The position numbers were made by a program, and so were the translations under genes. A DNA stretch of 56,148 nucleotides from a virus (lineage: Duplodnaviria > Caudoviricetes): the IMG/VR virus record IMGVR_UViG_3300046012_000429, positions 1 through 56,148 of that record. One strand, given 5' to 3'. Positions 25,923-34,215 of the stretch are shown here, in pieces. Under the pieces are notes generated by a model. That model made no database searches. It was not told where the DNA came from and saw nothing but the letters and a program-made list of their open reading frames with translations. The first letter of the stretch is position 1, and each line of letters starts with the position of its first letter.

Positions 25923-27016
25923 AGTGGCCACCCCGTCACCTGGTAGGTGAAGTAGTTGACCACCTGCCGCCTGACCTCGGCGTTCAGCGTCCGGTCGGCG
26001 CCGTTGATCCGTACGGTCACGCCGTCCGGCAGGTGAGCAGCCAGGAAGCCGTCGATCCGCCAGGCCATCGGCTCCTCGGGTGTCTGCACCACGACCATGT
26101 GCCCGTGGGTGTGGGCGCCGTCGTCGTCGTAGCCGTGCACCCGCCGGGTCTTGGAGATATTGCGGGCTGAGTCGTCCCGGATGTAGACGGCGAACGCCCG
26201 CCCGCCACGCCATCGCCACCACAGCAGCGTGCCCTCCGGCATCCGCGCGACCTCCTCCCGGTCGAGGGTGTCGCCGGGACCCTTGGTGGTGGCCCCGATG
26301 CCGGCGAAGACCTTGTCTGTGATGCCCAGCCCGGCCAGGCAGTTGTCGAACGTGCCGCACCAGGAGTTGTTCCGCTGGTACGTCTTGCCCACCCGGTAGG
26401 CGCGGAGTGCGATCCGGGTCAGGGTCTCGTCGTCGGCCACCGGCTCAGGGGCTGGTGGGGTGTAGCCGGGGATGGAGTGGATGGTCAGCGGGTGCCCCGC
26501 TGGCCAGTCCCGGGTGCCGAGGATGCGGGCCAGTGTCCCGGTCCCGGTCTTCTCGAACACGTTCAGCAACTTCGGCAGGTCCGGGTGACCGGCGTAGAGC
26601 AGCGTCCCGTTCGGCAGCAGGTCGACGTCGGTCCGGCTGGAAACGATTCCACCCTCGGTGAACACCGGGTTGGATGCCCCGAACGCGGCACACATCTCGA
26701 CCACTGGCGCGATGGCGACGCCGGAACGATCGGCGGCACCCAGGGCGGAGTCTCGCAGCCGCCAGCGGAACGCCTCGACCGACTCCAGCGGGATGTCGAT
26801 GGACTCAGCCTCTGCTTTGTACAGCCAGTTCGGGCCGTTCAGGTAGTAGGAGTCCATCCCAGCCCGGCCACTCTGCTCGACCCAGGTCCGAGGTGCGGTC
26901 TGCTCGAAGATCTGGCCGGTGGGGTGACCGATCCGAATGGCGCCGCCGACCGGTATCAGGTCACCGTGATGGATGAGGTCGGGGAACGGCTCCCCGGGCT
27001 TGACTTGTCTGATCAC
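25919..27016 (-). CDS. Hypothetical protein with internal repeated domain
   Basis: VDLLPNGTLL / VARMPEGTLL units; RBS AAAGGAGCAACC. Confidence 0.75.
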   Translation of the reverse strand: MIRQVKPGEPFPDLIHHGDLIPVGGAIRIGHPTGQIFEQTAPRTWVEQSGRAGMDSYYLNGPNWLYKAEAESIDIPLESVEAFRWRLRDSALGAADRSGVAIAPVVEMCAAFGASNPVFTEGGIVSSRTDVDLLPNGTLLYAGHPDLPKLLNVFEKTGTGTLARILGTRDWPAGHPLTIHSIPGYTPPAPEPVADDETLTRIALRAYRVGKTYQRNNSWCGTFDNCLAGLGITDKVFAGIGATTKGPGDTLDREEVARMPEGTLLWWRWRGGRAFAVYIRDDSARNISKTRRVHGYDDDGAHTHGHMVVVQTPEEPMAWRIDGFLAAHLPDGVTVRINGADRTLNAEVRRQVVNYFTYQVTGWPL

Positions 27017-27053
27017 TGCTGGTTGCTCCTTTGCTGGTTAAGGTTGCCTTAAC

Positions 27054-27479
27054 TCATTCCTCGATGACACTGACGCTGAGCGAGTACGGCACCCCGTTGT
27101 TCGCGACCCCGTTGTCTCCCTGGAACGGGAGGCCAGGCGCGAAGTAGCGCGAGACCGACAACTCCCTGACCTGCTCGATGGCCTGTTCCCAGGTCCGGTC
27201 AGAGACGGTGATGGTCTGCCGGTAGGTGACCTCGATGTCCACCTCCTGCCTTCTCACCCGGGGCAGCAGCCCGGCCTGCTCAGCCACCTCGTCGTAGACC
27301 TCACACAGGTCACGCTCGTCGGCAGCCGAGCCGAGCACCTCCGAAGCATGGGCCACGAAGTCCTCGTGCTTCTTGACTGCAGCGACGGTCTCGGCACGGG
27401 CTTGCGCCAACTGCCGCTCCAACTCCGCGATCCTGCCCGCCTGTTCGGTGGGTGGCTTGTCGTCGGTCGTGATGGTCAT
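27054..27479 (-). CDS. Hypothetical early protein
   Basis: First gene of promoter 27612-27640; RBS GAGAGGA. Confidence 0.7.
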   Translation of the reverse strand: MTITTDDKPPTEQAGRIAELERQLAQARAETVAAVKKHEDFVAHASEVLGSAADERDLCEVYDEVAEQAGLLPRVRRQEVDIEVTYRQTITVSDRTWEQAIEQVRELSVSRYFAPGLPFQGDNGVANNGVPYSLSVSVIEE

Positions 27480-27527
27480 GCGATTCCTCTCGGTTCTGTC
27501 GGCTCAGCCACGGCGGCTGAGACGCGT

Positions 27528-27559
27528 CGGAGGGCAGGGGAATCACTCCCTGCCCTCCG
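27528..27559 (-). other. Leader hairpin
   Basis: CGGAGGGCAGGG / CCCTGCCCTCCG, between palindrome 27561 and the GCCGU-loop hairpin 27503. Confidence 0.5.
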
Positions 27560-27611
27560 GGTTAAGGTGCCTTAACTGTCATTGTCTGGGCATTACTTAA
27601 CCGTTAACTAC

Positions 27612-27643
27612 ATTATACCACTTGACGAGTCTTAAGTCAAGTG
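27612..27643 (-). promoter_or_regulatory. Near-consensus SigA promoter overlapped by an inverted repeat
   Basis: TTGACT-17-TATAAT; CACTTGAC-N9-GTCAAGTG. Confidence 0.85.
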
Positions 27644-27831
27644 ATGTCAGGCCGATCACTGACATCGGCAGCCCACTCCATCGGAGCGAACCCACCATGG
27701 CTGAGCCACTCGTCGAGCGCGGAGAAGTTCTCGGCGAACTCGCGTTCCTCGACCGTGTGACCACGACCGGCACTCTTGGTGACCTGCTCGACCAGGGCCC
27801 GCAGCCGGGCCAGCAGTACTTCGGGATCCAT
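27637..27831 (-). CDS. Hypothetical protein
   Basis: MDPEVLL..LR ... F.ALDEWLSHGGFAP..W. Confidence 0.65.
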   Translation of the reverse strand: MDPEVLLARLRALVEQVTKSAGRGHTVEEREFAENFSALDEWLSHGGFAPMEWAADVSDRPDIT

Positions 27832-28046
27832 CACTCGCCCTCCTTCGTTGACGGCTCGTCGGGCAGCGGCGCGACAGCCGCCCTCTGGACCAACTCCCAC
27901 ACCGAGTCGTCGGTGACCGCCCGAGCCAGCACCATTGCGGCCAGGTAGCGCTGCCGGTCTGGGTCCAGGAAGACGACCCCGACATCGGCGATCTCGAACA
28001 TCCGCTTGACCCGCTCCGGTGTCATCTCGATGTGGCGGTCGCTCAT
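27831..28046 (-). CDS. Hypothetical protein
   Basis: Coupled ORF with RBS GAGGAGGAG. Confidence 0.6.
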   Translation of the reverse strand: MSDRHIEMTPERVKRMFEIADVGVVFLDPDRQRYLAAMVLARAVTDDSVWELVQRAAVAPLPDEPSTKEGE

Positions 28047-28393
28047 GACTCCTCCTCACCGACGGCAGGGTCGAGCCGTCTGCGCTGGGTCGAGGTCATC
28101 TGCGCCCAGGCCCAGCACTGACGCTGTGCCATCCGCCAGTCCAGCCCGAACACCTCGTCGTCGGGACGCTTGGTGGTGTCGTTGACCGCCAGGGAGGTGA
28201 GTGGCGGCCACCCGTGGTCTTCGAACAGTGGACGCAGGTAGGCCAGCAGGTCATCCAGCGAACGGGTCATCCGCTGGTAGTCCACAGCCCAGGCCAGGTT
28301 GGACAGCGTGATGGTGGCCTGACCTACGGCCACTGCCTTGAGCACTGCCACCACCCGCTGTTCGTAGTTGATCCGTGGTGGGACGACTGTCAT
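28043..28393 (-). CDS. Hypothetical protein, possible HTH
   Basis: TITLSNLA ... GWPPLTSLAVN..T.RP motif. Confidence 0.6.
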   Translation of the reverse strand: MTVVPPRINYEQRVVAVLKAVAVGQATITLSNLAWAVDYQRMTRSLDDLLAYLRPLFEDHGWPPLTSLAVNDTTKRPDDEVFGLDWRMAQRQCWAWAQMTSTQRRRLDPAVGEEES

Positions 28394-28623
28394 GGTGTCG
28401 GCTCCGCGACCTTGACCACCGCGAACGGGTCGCTGCTCAGCAGGATCAGGCTGCGGTTGCCTGCGGTCTTGGGGTCCCAGGCGACCAGGATCTGGTCGGG
28501 GTGGCCGTGACCGTCGATCACCTGGATGACGGTGCCGCGCGCACCGACCGGCATCGGGTCGGGATCGTTGGGCATGGTGCCGGTCATCACGATCTCCTGA
28601 CCGGCGGTGACGAGTTGGTTCAT
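28390..28623 (-). CDS. DUF4314-like protein
   Basis: M.NDPDP.P.G.RGTV..V......QI.V.WD.....SL.L...D.F. Confidence 0.65.
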   Translation of the reverse strand: MNQLVTAGQEIVMTGTMPNDPDPMPVGARGTVIQVIDGHGHPDQILVAWDPKTAGNRSLILLSSDPFAVVKVAEPTP

Positions 28624-28843
28624 TGGTTGTTCCCTTCGTTGTCCGACGACACGGTGTCGTCGTGGTTAAGGCGGCCTAAACTCTGGCCGTCGCAGCGGTA
28701 CCACTGCTGCTGCTTGCGGTAGAACCAGGTGTGCGGCAGGTGCCGTGCCCGGGTAGTGCAGTGCCAGGTGAGCATGGCTGCTCCTGTGCGTGAAGCACCA
28801 CCACCCACGCCCTGACGACGGAGGTGGTGGTGAGGAGACCTGG

Positions 28844-29116
28844 TCATCGGCTGCTGACCAACGGCGTCACCGTTCCCCCCGTCTTCCACCGCCTGGTCGG
28901 CAGGTCGTCGTGGGCTCGCCTGAGGATGGTCTGTGCGGCCACCAACAGGTTGATCTCGGCCCAGCGAGCACGCTCCGCCTCGGCCTCGCGCTGCTCTCGC
29001 AGCCGTTGCTGCTTGCGGCTCTCGCCTCGCGTACGCCTGCCGAGCACCAGCCGCATCGACCATGACCCGATGTGCAGGGCGACCACGAAGCCGGTGTCGG
29101 CGACCTGGCCGGTCAC
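28844..29116 (-). CDS. Hypothetical protein
   Basis: GTGA-coupled ORF. Confidence 0.45.
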   Translation of the reverse strand: MTGQVADTGFVVALHIGSWSMRLVLGRRTRGESRKQQRLREQREAEAERARWAEINLLVAAQTILRRAHDDLPTRRWKTGGTVTPLVSSR

Positions 29117-29298
29117 CGGGTCACCCCAACCGCTCTGTAGAACTTGGCCCGGTCGAACCTCGGGTTGGTCCGGGCGAAGTAGTCCGCCATCGAGTACGCG
29201 ATGTTGACTACCACCCGGGAGGCCAACTCGTTGTGCCGGTGGGTGGCCAACTCCCCGGCGAGGATGGCTGCGATGGCTTGGTAGTTCCGGGTGGTCAT
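29113..29298 (-). CDS. Small conserved phage protein
   Basis: MT..NY..IA..L ... NPRFDRAKF..A. Confidence 0.65.
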   Translation of the reverse strand: MTTRNYQAIAAILAGELATHRHNELASRVVVNIAYSMADYFARTNPRFDRAKFYRAVGVTR

Positions 29299-29639
29299 GC
29301 CGCCACCCACTCCCAGGTGCAGGCGTACTCGGTATGTACGGTCTCGCCTGACTTGACGGTGAAGGTGGCGAAGGTGGTGCGACCGTTGACGGTTGCCTCG
29401 CACACCCTGGTATTGCCTTGCCAGGTGCCAGGCTTGATCTTCTTCGCCACGTGGTTGCTGGCTACGTAGGTACCGCTCCCCTCGAATGTGGTCATTGCTG
29501 GCGCACTGAAGTGCGCGACGATGGCGAGGATGATGAGCAAGCCGACAAGCCCCGGCGGTAGGGCTAGCAGCCCGCCGCAACCGAGGCCCTGACTTATCCG
29601 CAGTGGTCCGGCGCTGACGCCGATGCTTGCGTTGGGCAT
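29295..29639 (-). CDS. Membrane-anchored hypothetical protein
   Basis: TM segment GLVGLLIILAIVA; RBS GAAAGGAAG. Confidence 0.6.
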   Translation of the reverse strand: MPNASIGVSAGPLRISQGLGCGGLLALPPGLVGLLIILAIVAHFSAPAMTTFEGSGTYVASNHVAKKIKPGTWQGNTRVCEATVNGRTTFATFTVKSGETVHTEYACTWEWVAA

Positions 29640-29709
29640 GGTTGCCCACTTCCTTTCGGTTGTCCCGACCACGGCGGTCGGGAGGTTAAGGCCGCCTTAA
29701 CGGCGGTAG

Positions 29710-29738
29710 GCCCGGAGGGGGAAGACCCCCCTCCGGGC
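29710..29738 (-). terminator. Hairpin after gene 29753
   Basis: GCCCGGAGGGGG / CCCCCTCCGGGC. Confidence 0.55.
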
Positions 29739-29752
29739 GTTGGACTACGTTC

Positions 29753-29971
29753 TCACTGAACGACGCGGGTCACCACGTTGTCGGTGTCGACCTCGACGAC
29801 GGCGTACCAGCGGTGCGGCTGCGGGTAGTGCGGGCCCTCGACGTTGACCCGGCCGTTACGCACGGTGAGGTCGAACACCCCGCCGGGCTGGAAGACAGTG
29901 ACGCGGTCGCCCGCCTTGACCGCTTCCTTGAGCGCCTTCTTGGTCTGGTAGTTGGGGTTGACGTAGGGCAT
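29753..29971 (-). CDS. Small conserved phage protein
   Basis: NY.TKKALKEAV..G...EGPHYP.PH.WYA.V. Confidence 0.7.
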   Translation of the reverse strand: MPYVNPNYQTKKALKEAVKAGDRVTVFQPGGVFDLTVRNGRVNVEGPHYPQPHRWYAVVEVDTDNVVTRVVQ

Positions 29972-30165
29972 CAGTCGACCTTCGTCCAGTGGTCGGTGCT
30001 GACTGTGACCTCGGCGGCGGGCACGTTGGCGTAGACCGGGAAGGACCCGTCGTGCCAGTGACCGGCGACCATCCGCTCACCGCGATCAGTGGTGAACAAG
30101 GTGGCCTCGGTCGAGAAACCGTAGACCGGGTGGTGAGCCACGGTCGGTGAGGTGAGGCTGTACAC
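29971..30165 (-). CDS. Hypothetical protein
   Basis: Coupled ORF. Confidence 0.5.
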   Translation of the reverse strand: MYSLTSPTVAHHPVYGFSTEATLFTTDRGERMVAGHWHDGSFPVYANVPAAEVTVSTDHWTKVD

Positions 30166-30168
30166 GGC

Positions 30169-30609
30169 TCAGTCCCCACAGATTCCGTCGGTGTACTCGC
30201 CGAGGTAGATGTCTCGGCCCGGCACCTTGAGCCTGCTCACCGGTAGCCAGGGCTGGACGTTGTGCAGACCACCCTTGCCGGTCTTGCCCTGGTAGGCGTG
30301 CTTGAGGTCGGCCAGGCAGCCGTTCTGCCATGACCCGAACTCGGCCAGGTAGGCGCGCTTGGCGTTGGCCCGCTCGGCCTTACCGGCGTGGCGCCACGCC
30401 TTGCTCGGGCCGAGGTGGGTGACGTAGGTGTGCTCGGCCTTGGCCACCTTGTGCGGGTGAGCCTTGGCCTGGTGGCTGGTCGGGCCCATCGGCGCGGCGT
30501 GGGCGACCTCGGAGGAGATGCCGATGCCGCCGAATGCAGACGCTGCTCCGATGGCCAGGACGGCGAACCCGGTAGCGAGTGGCCGCAGAACGTTGCGGTA
30601 GTTGGACAT
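30169..30609 (-). CDS. Predicted secreted protein
   Basis: Signal-peptide-like N-terminus ending AHA; RBS AAGGAGCAACC; first gene of promoter 30681. Confidence 0.65.
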   Translation of the reverse strand: MSNYRNVLRPLATGFAVLAIGAASAFGGIGISSEVAHAAPMGPTSHQAKAHPHKVAKAEHTYVTHLGPSKAWRHAGKAERANAKRAYLAEFGSWQNGCLADLKHAYQGKTGKGGLHNVQPWLPVSRLKVPGRDIYLGEYTDGICGD

Positions 30610-30680
30610 GGATGGTTGCTCCTTGCTGGTTAAGGTTGCCTTAACCTAGGTTGACTGGACAGACTTCTACTTACTACTCC

Positions 30681-30712
30681 ATTATACCACTTGACCATGC
30701 TTAAGTCAAGTG
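30681..30712 (-). promoter_or_regulatory. Near-consensus SigA promoter overlapped by an inverted repeat
   Basis: TTGACT-17-TATAAT; CACTTGAC-N9-GTCAAGTG; nearly identical to 27612-27643. Confidence 0.85.
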
Positions 30713-30715
30713 AGG

Positions 30716-30949
30716 TCAAGCCGTTGACCGGAAGGTCAGCACGCGTTCGGTGAGCGCGGTGCGCCAGCGTCTGGTCCGTCGACACGACCCACAGGTGACG
30801 GCGAACGGGTCAGGTGACCAGGCGTGGGCGTGGCGGCAGCGCGACCCGGCGTGGTGGATGGGTCGGGCCCGGGGTGGTCGGGGCCGCCGTCGCCTGTCGA
30901 CCAGCCCGGTGATGACCGGGCCGGTGACTGGCTCGTCGAGGGTGGACAT
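30716..30949 (-). CDS. Small basic zinc-binding protein
   Basis: H...C ... VTCGSCRRT; GGAGCAACCAACC before ATG. Confidence 0.5.
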   Translation of the reverse strand: MSTLDEPVTGPVITGLVDRRRRPRPPRARPIHHAGSRCRHAHAWSPDPFAVTCGSCRRTRRWRTALTERVLTFRSTA

Positions 30950-31106
30950 TGGTTGGTTGCTCCATTCGTTGATCGTTGACCGCACGTGGACCGTGACGCG
31001 TGGATGGTGGGTGGTGACGCGATCACCGTGACGCGATGTGTGCGTCACGCTCGGGAGTTAAGGTCCCTTAACCGCCGAGAGGGCCGGAGTCCCCGTGGGA
31101 CCCGGC

Positions 31107-31286
31107 CTAGTTCGGTAGGCGGTCGTTGTGGGTCACCGTGCCGTCGGAATGGTCTGCGCAGTAGTGCTGCGCGTCGCTGGCATCCCAGCAGGTGACGGAG
31201 GTCTCGACCGGCGCGCATGCGCTCGCTCCGAGTGTGGCCAGGACGGCCACGCCTGCCACGATGGCGCGGCGGGTGAAGGTGTGCAT
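31107..31286 (-). CDS. Small lipoprotein
   Basis: Signal peptide with lipobox-like LGASAC; RBS GAAAGG. Confidence 0.6.
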   Translation of the reverse strand: MHTFTRRAIVAGVAVLATLGASACAPVETSVTCWDASDAQHYCADHSDGTVTHNDRLPN

Positions 31287-31365
31287 GGTGGAACCTTTCG
31301 TTACGGGTGAGCCACGGCGGCTCACACCTAGCGGGTCACACGCGGTTAGTCGTGTGGCCTGCTAG

Positions 31366-31389
31366 GTGCCCGGTCCTTCGACCGGGCAC
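31366..31389 (-). terminator. Hairpin after gene 31399
   Basis: GTGCCCGGTC-GAAG-GACCGGGCAC perfect stem; second hairpin at 31328-31366. Confidence 0.6.
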
Positions 31390-31398
31390 CCGTCCCTG

Positions 31399-32211
31399 CT
31401 ACTTGCCTGCCTTGCTCCGGTTCACCCGACCGTGCAACGCCTGACCCGCCCGACGGATCTCGGGAGTGCTCGCCTCCCCCTTGGCTTGGATCAGGTTGCG
31501 CAACTCGAGCAACCCGGCCCAATCTTCGGCAGTCAGGGTGCCGACCTTCCGCACTGCCTCCAGCGCGTCGCGGATGGCCTGCCCGTTCGGGGTCAGGTCA
31601 CCTGTCTTGGCTTCCTGCGCCGAACGCTTGTCACCGGTAGCGTCCTTGCCAGCAGACGACTGCACCGCTTTGGTGCCCTTCGACTTCGTGCTGGGAGTCT
31701 TGGACTCGGCCCACACCTTCTCGACAGCCTCCCGGGTGAGCCCTGCCTTCCGCGCCTCGGTAAACGCGGGGGAGTTCTGGACACTGGACGTGATGGCCCA
31801 TAGTTCCTCGGTAGGGCTCACCTCCAGATCGAACGCAATCTGCGCCGACCGGCCCAACTGAATCCCGCGCGGCTCGGAGATGCCGAACTCTTTACAGAAC
31901 TCAGAGTTCGTCATGGTGCCGTTGGGGTTGGCCTTGGACTTGACCAAGGCGCGGTGTGCGTAGGCGCCAACGTAGGTCGCGTTTGTGCCTGCCCTGTCCT
32001 TGATTTGCTCCAGAGCGTGGTAGAGACCCTTGACCTTCGGGAGGTCCTTGGTCGCGATACCAGCGGCCACGGTCTGCGGGTTGAGCGACCCCAGCAGGCG
32101 CTGTTGAGCGGGGGTGAGACCGGTTAAGGAAGCCTTAACCACGACCTGACTGGGGGCAGAGTCCTCCTGAGGATCGAGGACGGGACCTGTTACTGCGGTT
32201 GCCTCAGACAT
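31399..32211 (-). CDS. First early gene; possible HTH regulator
   Basis: MTNSEFCKEFGISEPRGIQL HTH-like segment; palindrome 32123 lies inside its coding region. Confidence 0.65.
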   Translation of the reverse strand: MSEATAVTGPVLDPQEDSAPSQVVVKASLTGLTPAQQRLLGSLNPQTVAAGIATKDLPKVKGLYHALEQIKDRAGTNATYVGAYAHRALVKSKANPNGTMTNSEFCKEFGISEPRGIQLGRSAQIAFDLEVSPTEELWAITSSVQNSPAFTEARKAGLTREAVEKVWAESKTPSTKSKGTKAVQSSAGKDATGDKRSAQEAKTGDLTPNGQAIRDALEAVRKVGTLTAEDWAGLLELRNLIQAKGEASTPEIRRAGQALHGRVNRSKAGK

Positions 32212-32308
32212 GAGGCACCTACCTTTCTGCGCGGGTTCCCCCGCGCGAGGGTGCGGGGCGGGGCCACGGCGGCCCCTGGTTTCCCTGCATCCCTCACTTA
32301 CAAGACTT

Positions 32309-32337
32309 ACTTTACCAGGTTTGTCCACCTAAGTCAA
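32309..32337 (-). promoter_or_regulatory. SigA-type promoter heading the minus arm
   Basis: TTGACT-17-TAAAGT. Confidence 0.75.
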
Positions 32338-32547
32338 GCCTTGCAAAGTGCCTCTGACTAGGGGAGATAGAGTTAAGGGGCCTTAATGTGAGCAGGATCA
32401 CAAGGCCCCCCACCCCCCGGAGTCGCGCGCGCGGCCCCCTAAGGGGGTGCTAGCCACCTCTGTACCCATCCAGGATTTTGAATCAGCCCTGTGTCAAGTG
32501 GAGCAAACGGGCCTCGGCGGGTACCGGGGATTTCGGATCGGACGCGC

Positions 32548-32582
32548 GTAACAGACCCTGTTACAGTGCTACAGTGTGTTAC
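32548..32582 (+). promoter_or_regulatory. Leaderless promoter and operator of the RHH gene
   Basis: GTAACAG-ACC-CTGTTAC palindrome, extra TGTTAC half-site, TACAGT 7 nt before ATG 32583. Confidence 0.55.
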
Positions 32583-32765
32583 ATGACCGAGAGCACTCCT
32601 GAGGGCCGGAGGCGGGACGTGTACGTGCCCCTGTGGCTCAGCCAACTGGGGGCAGCCGTCCTGGATGAGAAGAGGGGAACGTGGAGCAGGAGCGAGTACA
32701 TCAGGCAGGCTCTGAACAAGGCGGTGAGCAGCGGCCTGGTTGGGCCCAAGCCCGGGAAGTTCTAA
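32583..32765 (+). CDS. Ribbon-helix-helix (CopG/Arc-like) regulator
   Basis: VPLWLS.....LD..RG..SRSEYIRQAL. Confidence 0.75.
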   Translation: MTESTPEGRRRDVYVPLWLSQLGAAVLDEKRGTWSRSEYIRQALNKAVSSGLVGPKPGKF

Positions 32766-32936
32766 CAACCGGGCATGCAAGTGCACGAAGGCCGGGGTCA
32801 GCACCACCAAGGGGATGAGCGGGTTGCCCCTGTGCCGCTGCGGTCACCTCATGGCCGTCCACGAGACACACGGGATCGACTTCAACAGCCAGATCGGTCC
32901 CGGGCACCCCTGGACACCAACCCCGAGGTTCGCGGC

Positions 32937-33086
32937 ATGAGCAACAACTGCCCCACCTGCCACCCGGCACCCGAGACACCGAAGAAGGAGCGACCAGTGA
33001 CCAAGACCGAGGGGTGTGAGCACCTCAACACCAAGACGAAGTTCGGCATCCGGATCTGTCTCGACTGCCACCAGGTGGTGTCGTGA
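32937..33086 (+). CDS. Small Cys-rich protein
   Basis: CPTCH, CEH, CLDC. Confidence 0.5.
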   Translation: MSNNCPTCHPAPETPKKERPVTKTEGCEHLNTKTKFGIRICLDCHQVVS

Positions 33087-33310
33087 TGAGCACCCAGTGG
33101 CCGACCCGGCTGAGGGTGGACATGGAGGGCTCCTCCCGCGAGGACCTGATCACCCGGCTCGACGCTCAGGCGGCGCAGTTCTTCGGGGCCATCCCGTACC
33201 GGCTGACCGGTGAGGTCGAGGCTGAGGTCGGGGAGCGGACGCAGGACGTGGGCGGCAAGATGACGCTGCTCACCTGGACCGGCTACGCCTACTTCGAGAC
33301 CCTGCCGTGA
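33083..33310 (+). CDS. Hypothetical protein
   Basis: Coupled ORF. Confidence 0.6.
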   Translation: MMSTQWPTRLRVDMEGSSREDLITRLDAQAAQFFGAIPYRLTGEVEAEVGERTQDVGGKMTLLTWTGYAYFETLP

Positions 33311-33667
33311 GTACCGTCACCGTCCGGGTGCTGATCGAGGCCACCTGGCATGGCGAGGACCGTACTCAGGTGATCGAGGCCGGGAGCGTGGTACTGCTGG
33401 GTCCTCAGAACCTGCCCGAGGTGAGAGAACTGCTGCACGACATCGCGGATGCGTGGCCACAGGACGGGGAGTTGCCGTGAGGCTCGCGGAGTTCCTTGCG
33501 GGGCAGCAGGAGGACCCCAACCTGTTCTGGCGACTGTCCAGCGGTGACCACCAGAACCTGCTTGAGGAGGCGTGCGACCAACTCGACGCTGTGCGGCGCC
33601 AGTTGGTCGAGGTCAACGGGATTGCCTTCGCACTCCAGGTCCTCGACGACAAAGAGGAGGACGAACG

Positions 33668-33916
33668 ATGAGTGTCGAGCACCCAGACCCCACTCCCGAG
33701 CCCGACCCCATCGGTGTGCTGCCCGGTGAGAGCGTGGTGGTCGGCGCCGAGCCCACCTTCATCGAGGAGTTGCAGCACCTGATCAACCGCTACAGCGTCG
33801 AGAACGCCGGTGACACCCCCGACTTCATCCTGGCCGAGTTCATCCAGAACGTGCTGATCGACTACGCCAAGGCCGTCAAGGCCCGCGACCGCTGGTACGG
33901 AGAGGAGAAGCCATGA
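33668..33916 (+). CDS. Conserved phage hypothetical protein
   Basis: EL..LINRYS.EN..DTPDFILAEF ... RD.WYG; RBS GAGGAGG. Confidence 0.7.
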   Translation: MSVEHPDPTPEPDPIGVLPGESVVVGAEPTFIEELQHLINRYSVENAGDTPDFILAEFIQNVLIDYAKAVKARDRWYGEEKP

Positions 33917-34215
33917 ACCGCATCCTGAGTCTGGCTGCGGTGGGAGCGGCACTGCTGATGCCGCTGGCCACCGACGCCTGCGGCACCACCGCTGACCGGC
34001 AGGGACCAGCCGGAACCCAGCCTGACGGCTACCAGGACATGACCAAGGTGGTCGTCTACCGGGCTCCCGACACGGTGCCCAACATCGCGGTCGGCTGCAT
34101 CGGTGGCTATGGGTTCATGACCACCCTCAAGGCCAGCGGCAGCGACACCAACTCCGGTGGCTCGGCCCCGTCGCTGCTCCGCTTCCCCGAGTACGACAAG
34201 ACGTGCGCGTCGTGA
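33913..34215 (+). CDS. Predicted lipoprotein
   Basis: Signal peptide ending ATDACG. Confidence 0.65.
   Translation: MNRILSLAAVGAALLMPLATDACGTTADRQGPAGTQPDGYQDMTKVVVYRAPDTVPNIAVGCIGGYGFMTTLKASGSDTNSGGSAPSLLRFPEYDKTCAS

Larger units (their letters stand above)
27503..32276 (-). promoter_or_regulatory. Five leader hairpins with a conserved (R)CCGU pentaloop
   Basis: 27503-27521, 28644-28662, 29663-29683, 31307-31325, 32260-32276; plus-strand loop ACGG(C/T) on 6-8 bp stems of differing sequence. Confidence 0.75.
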
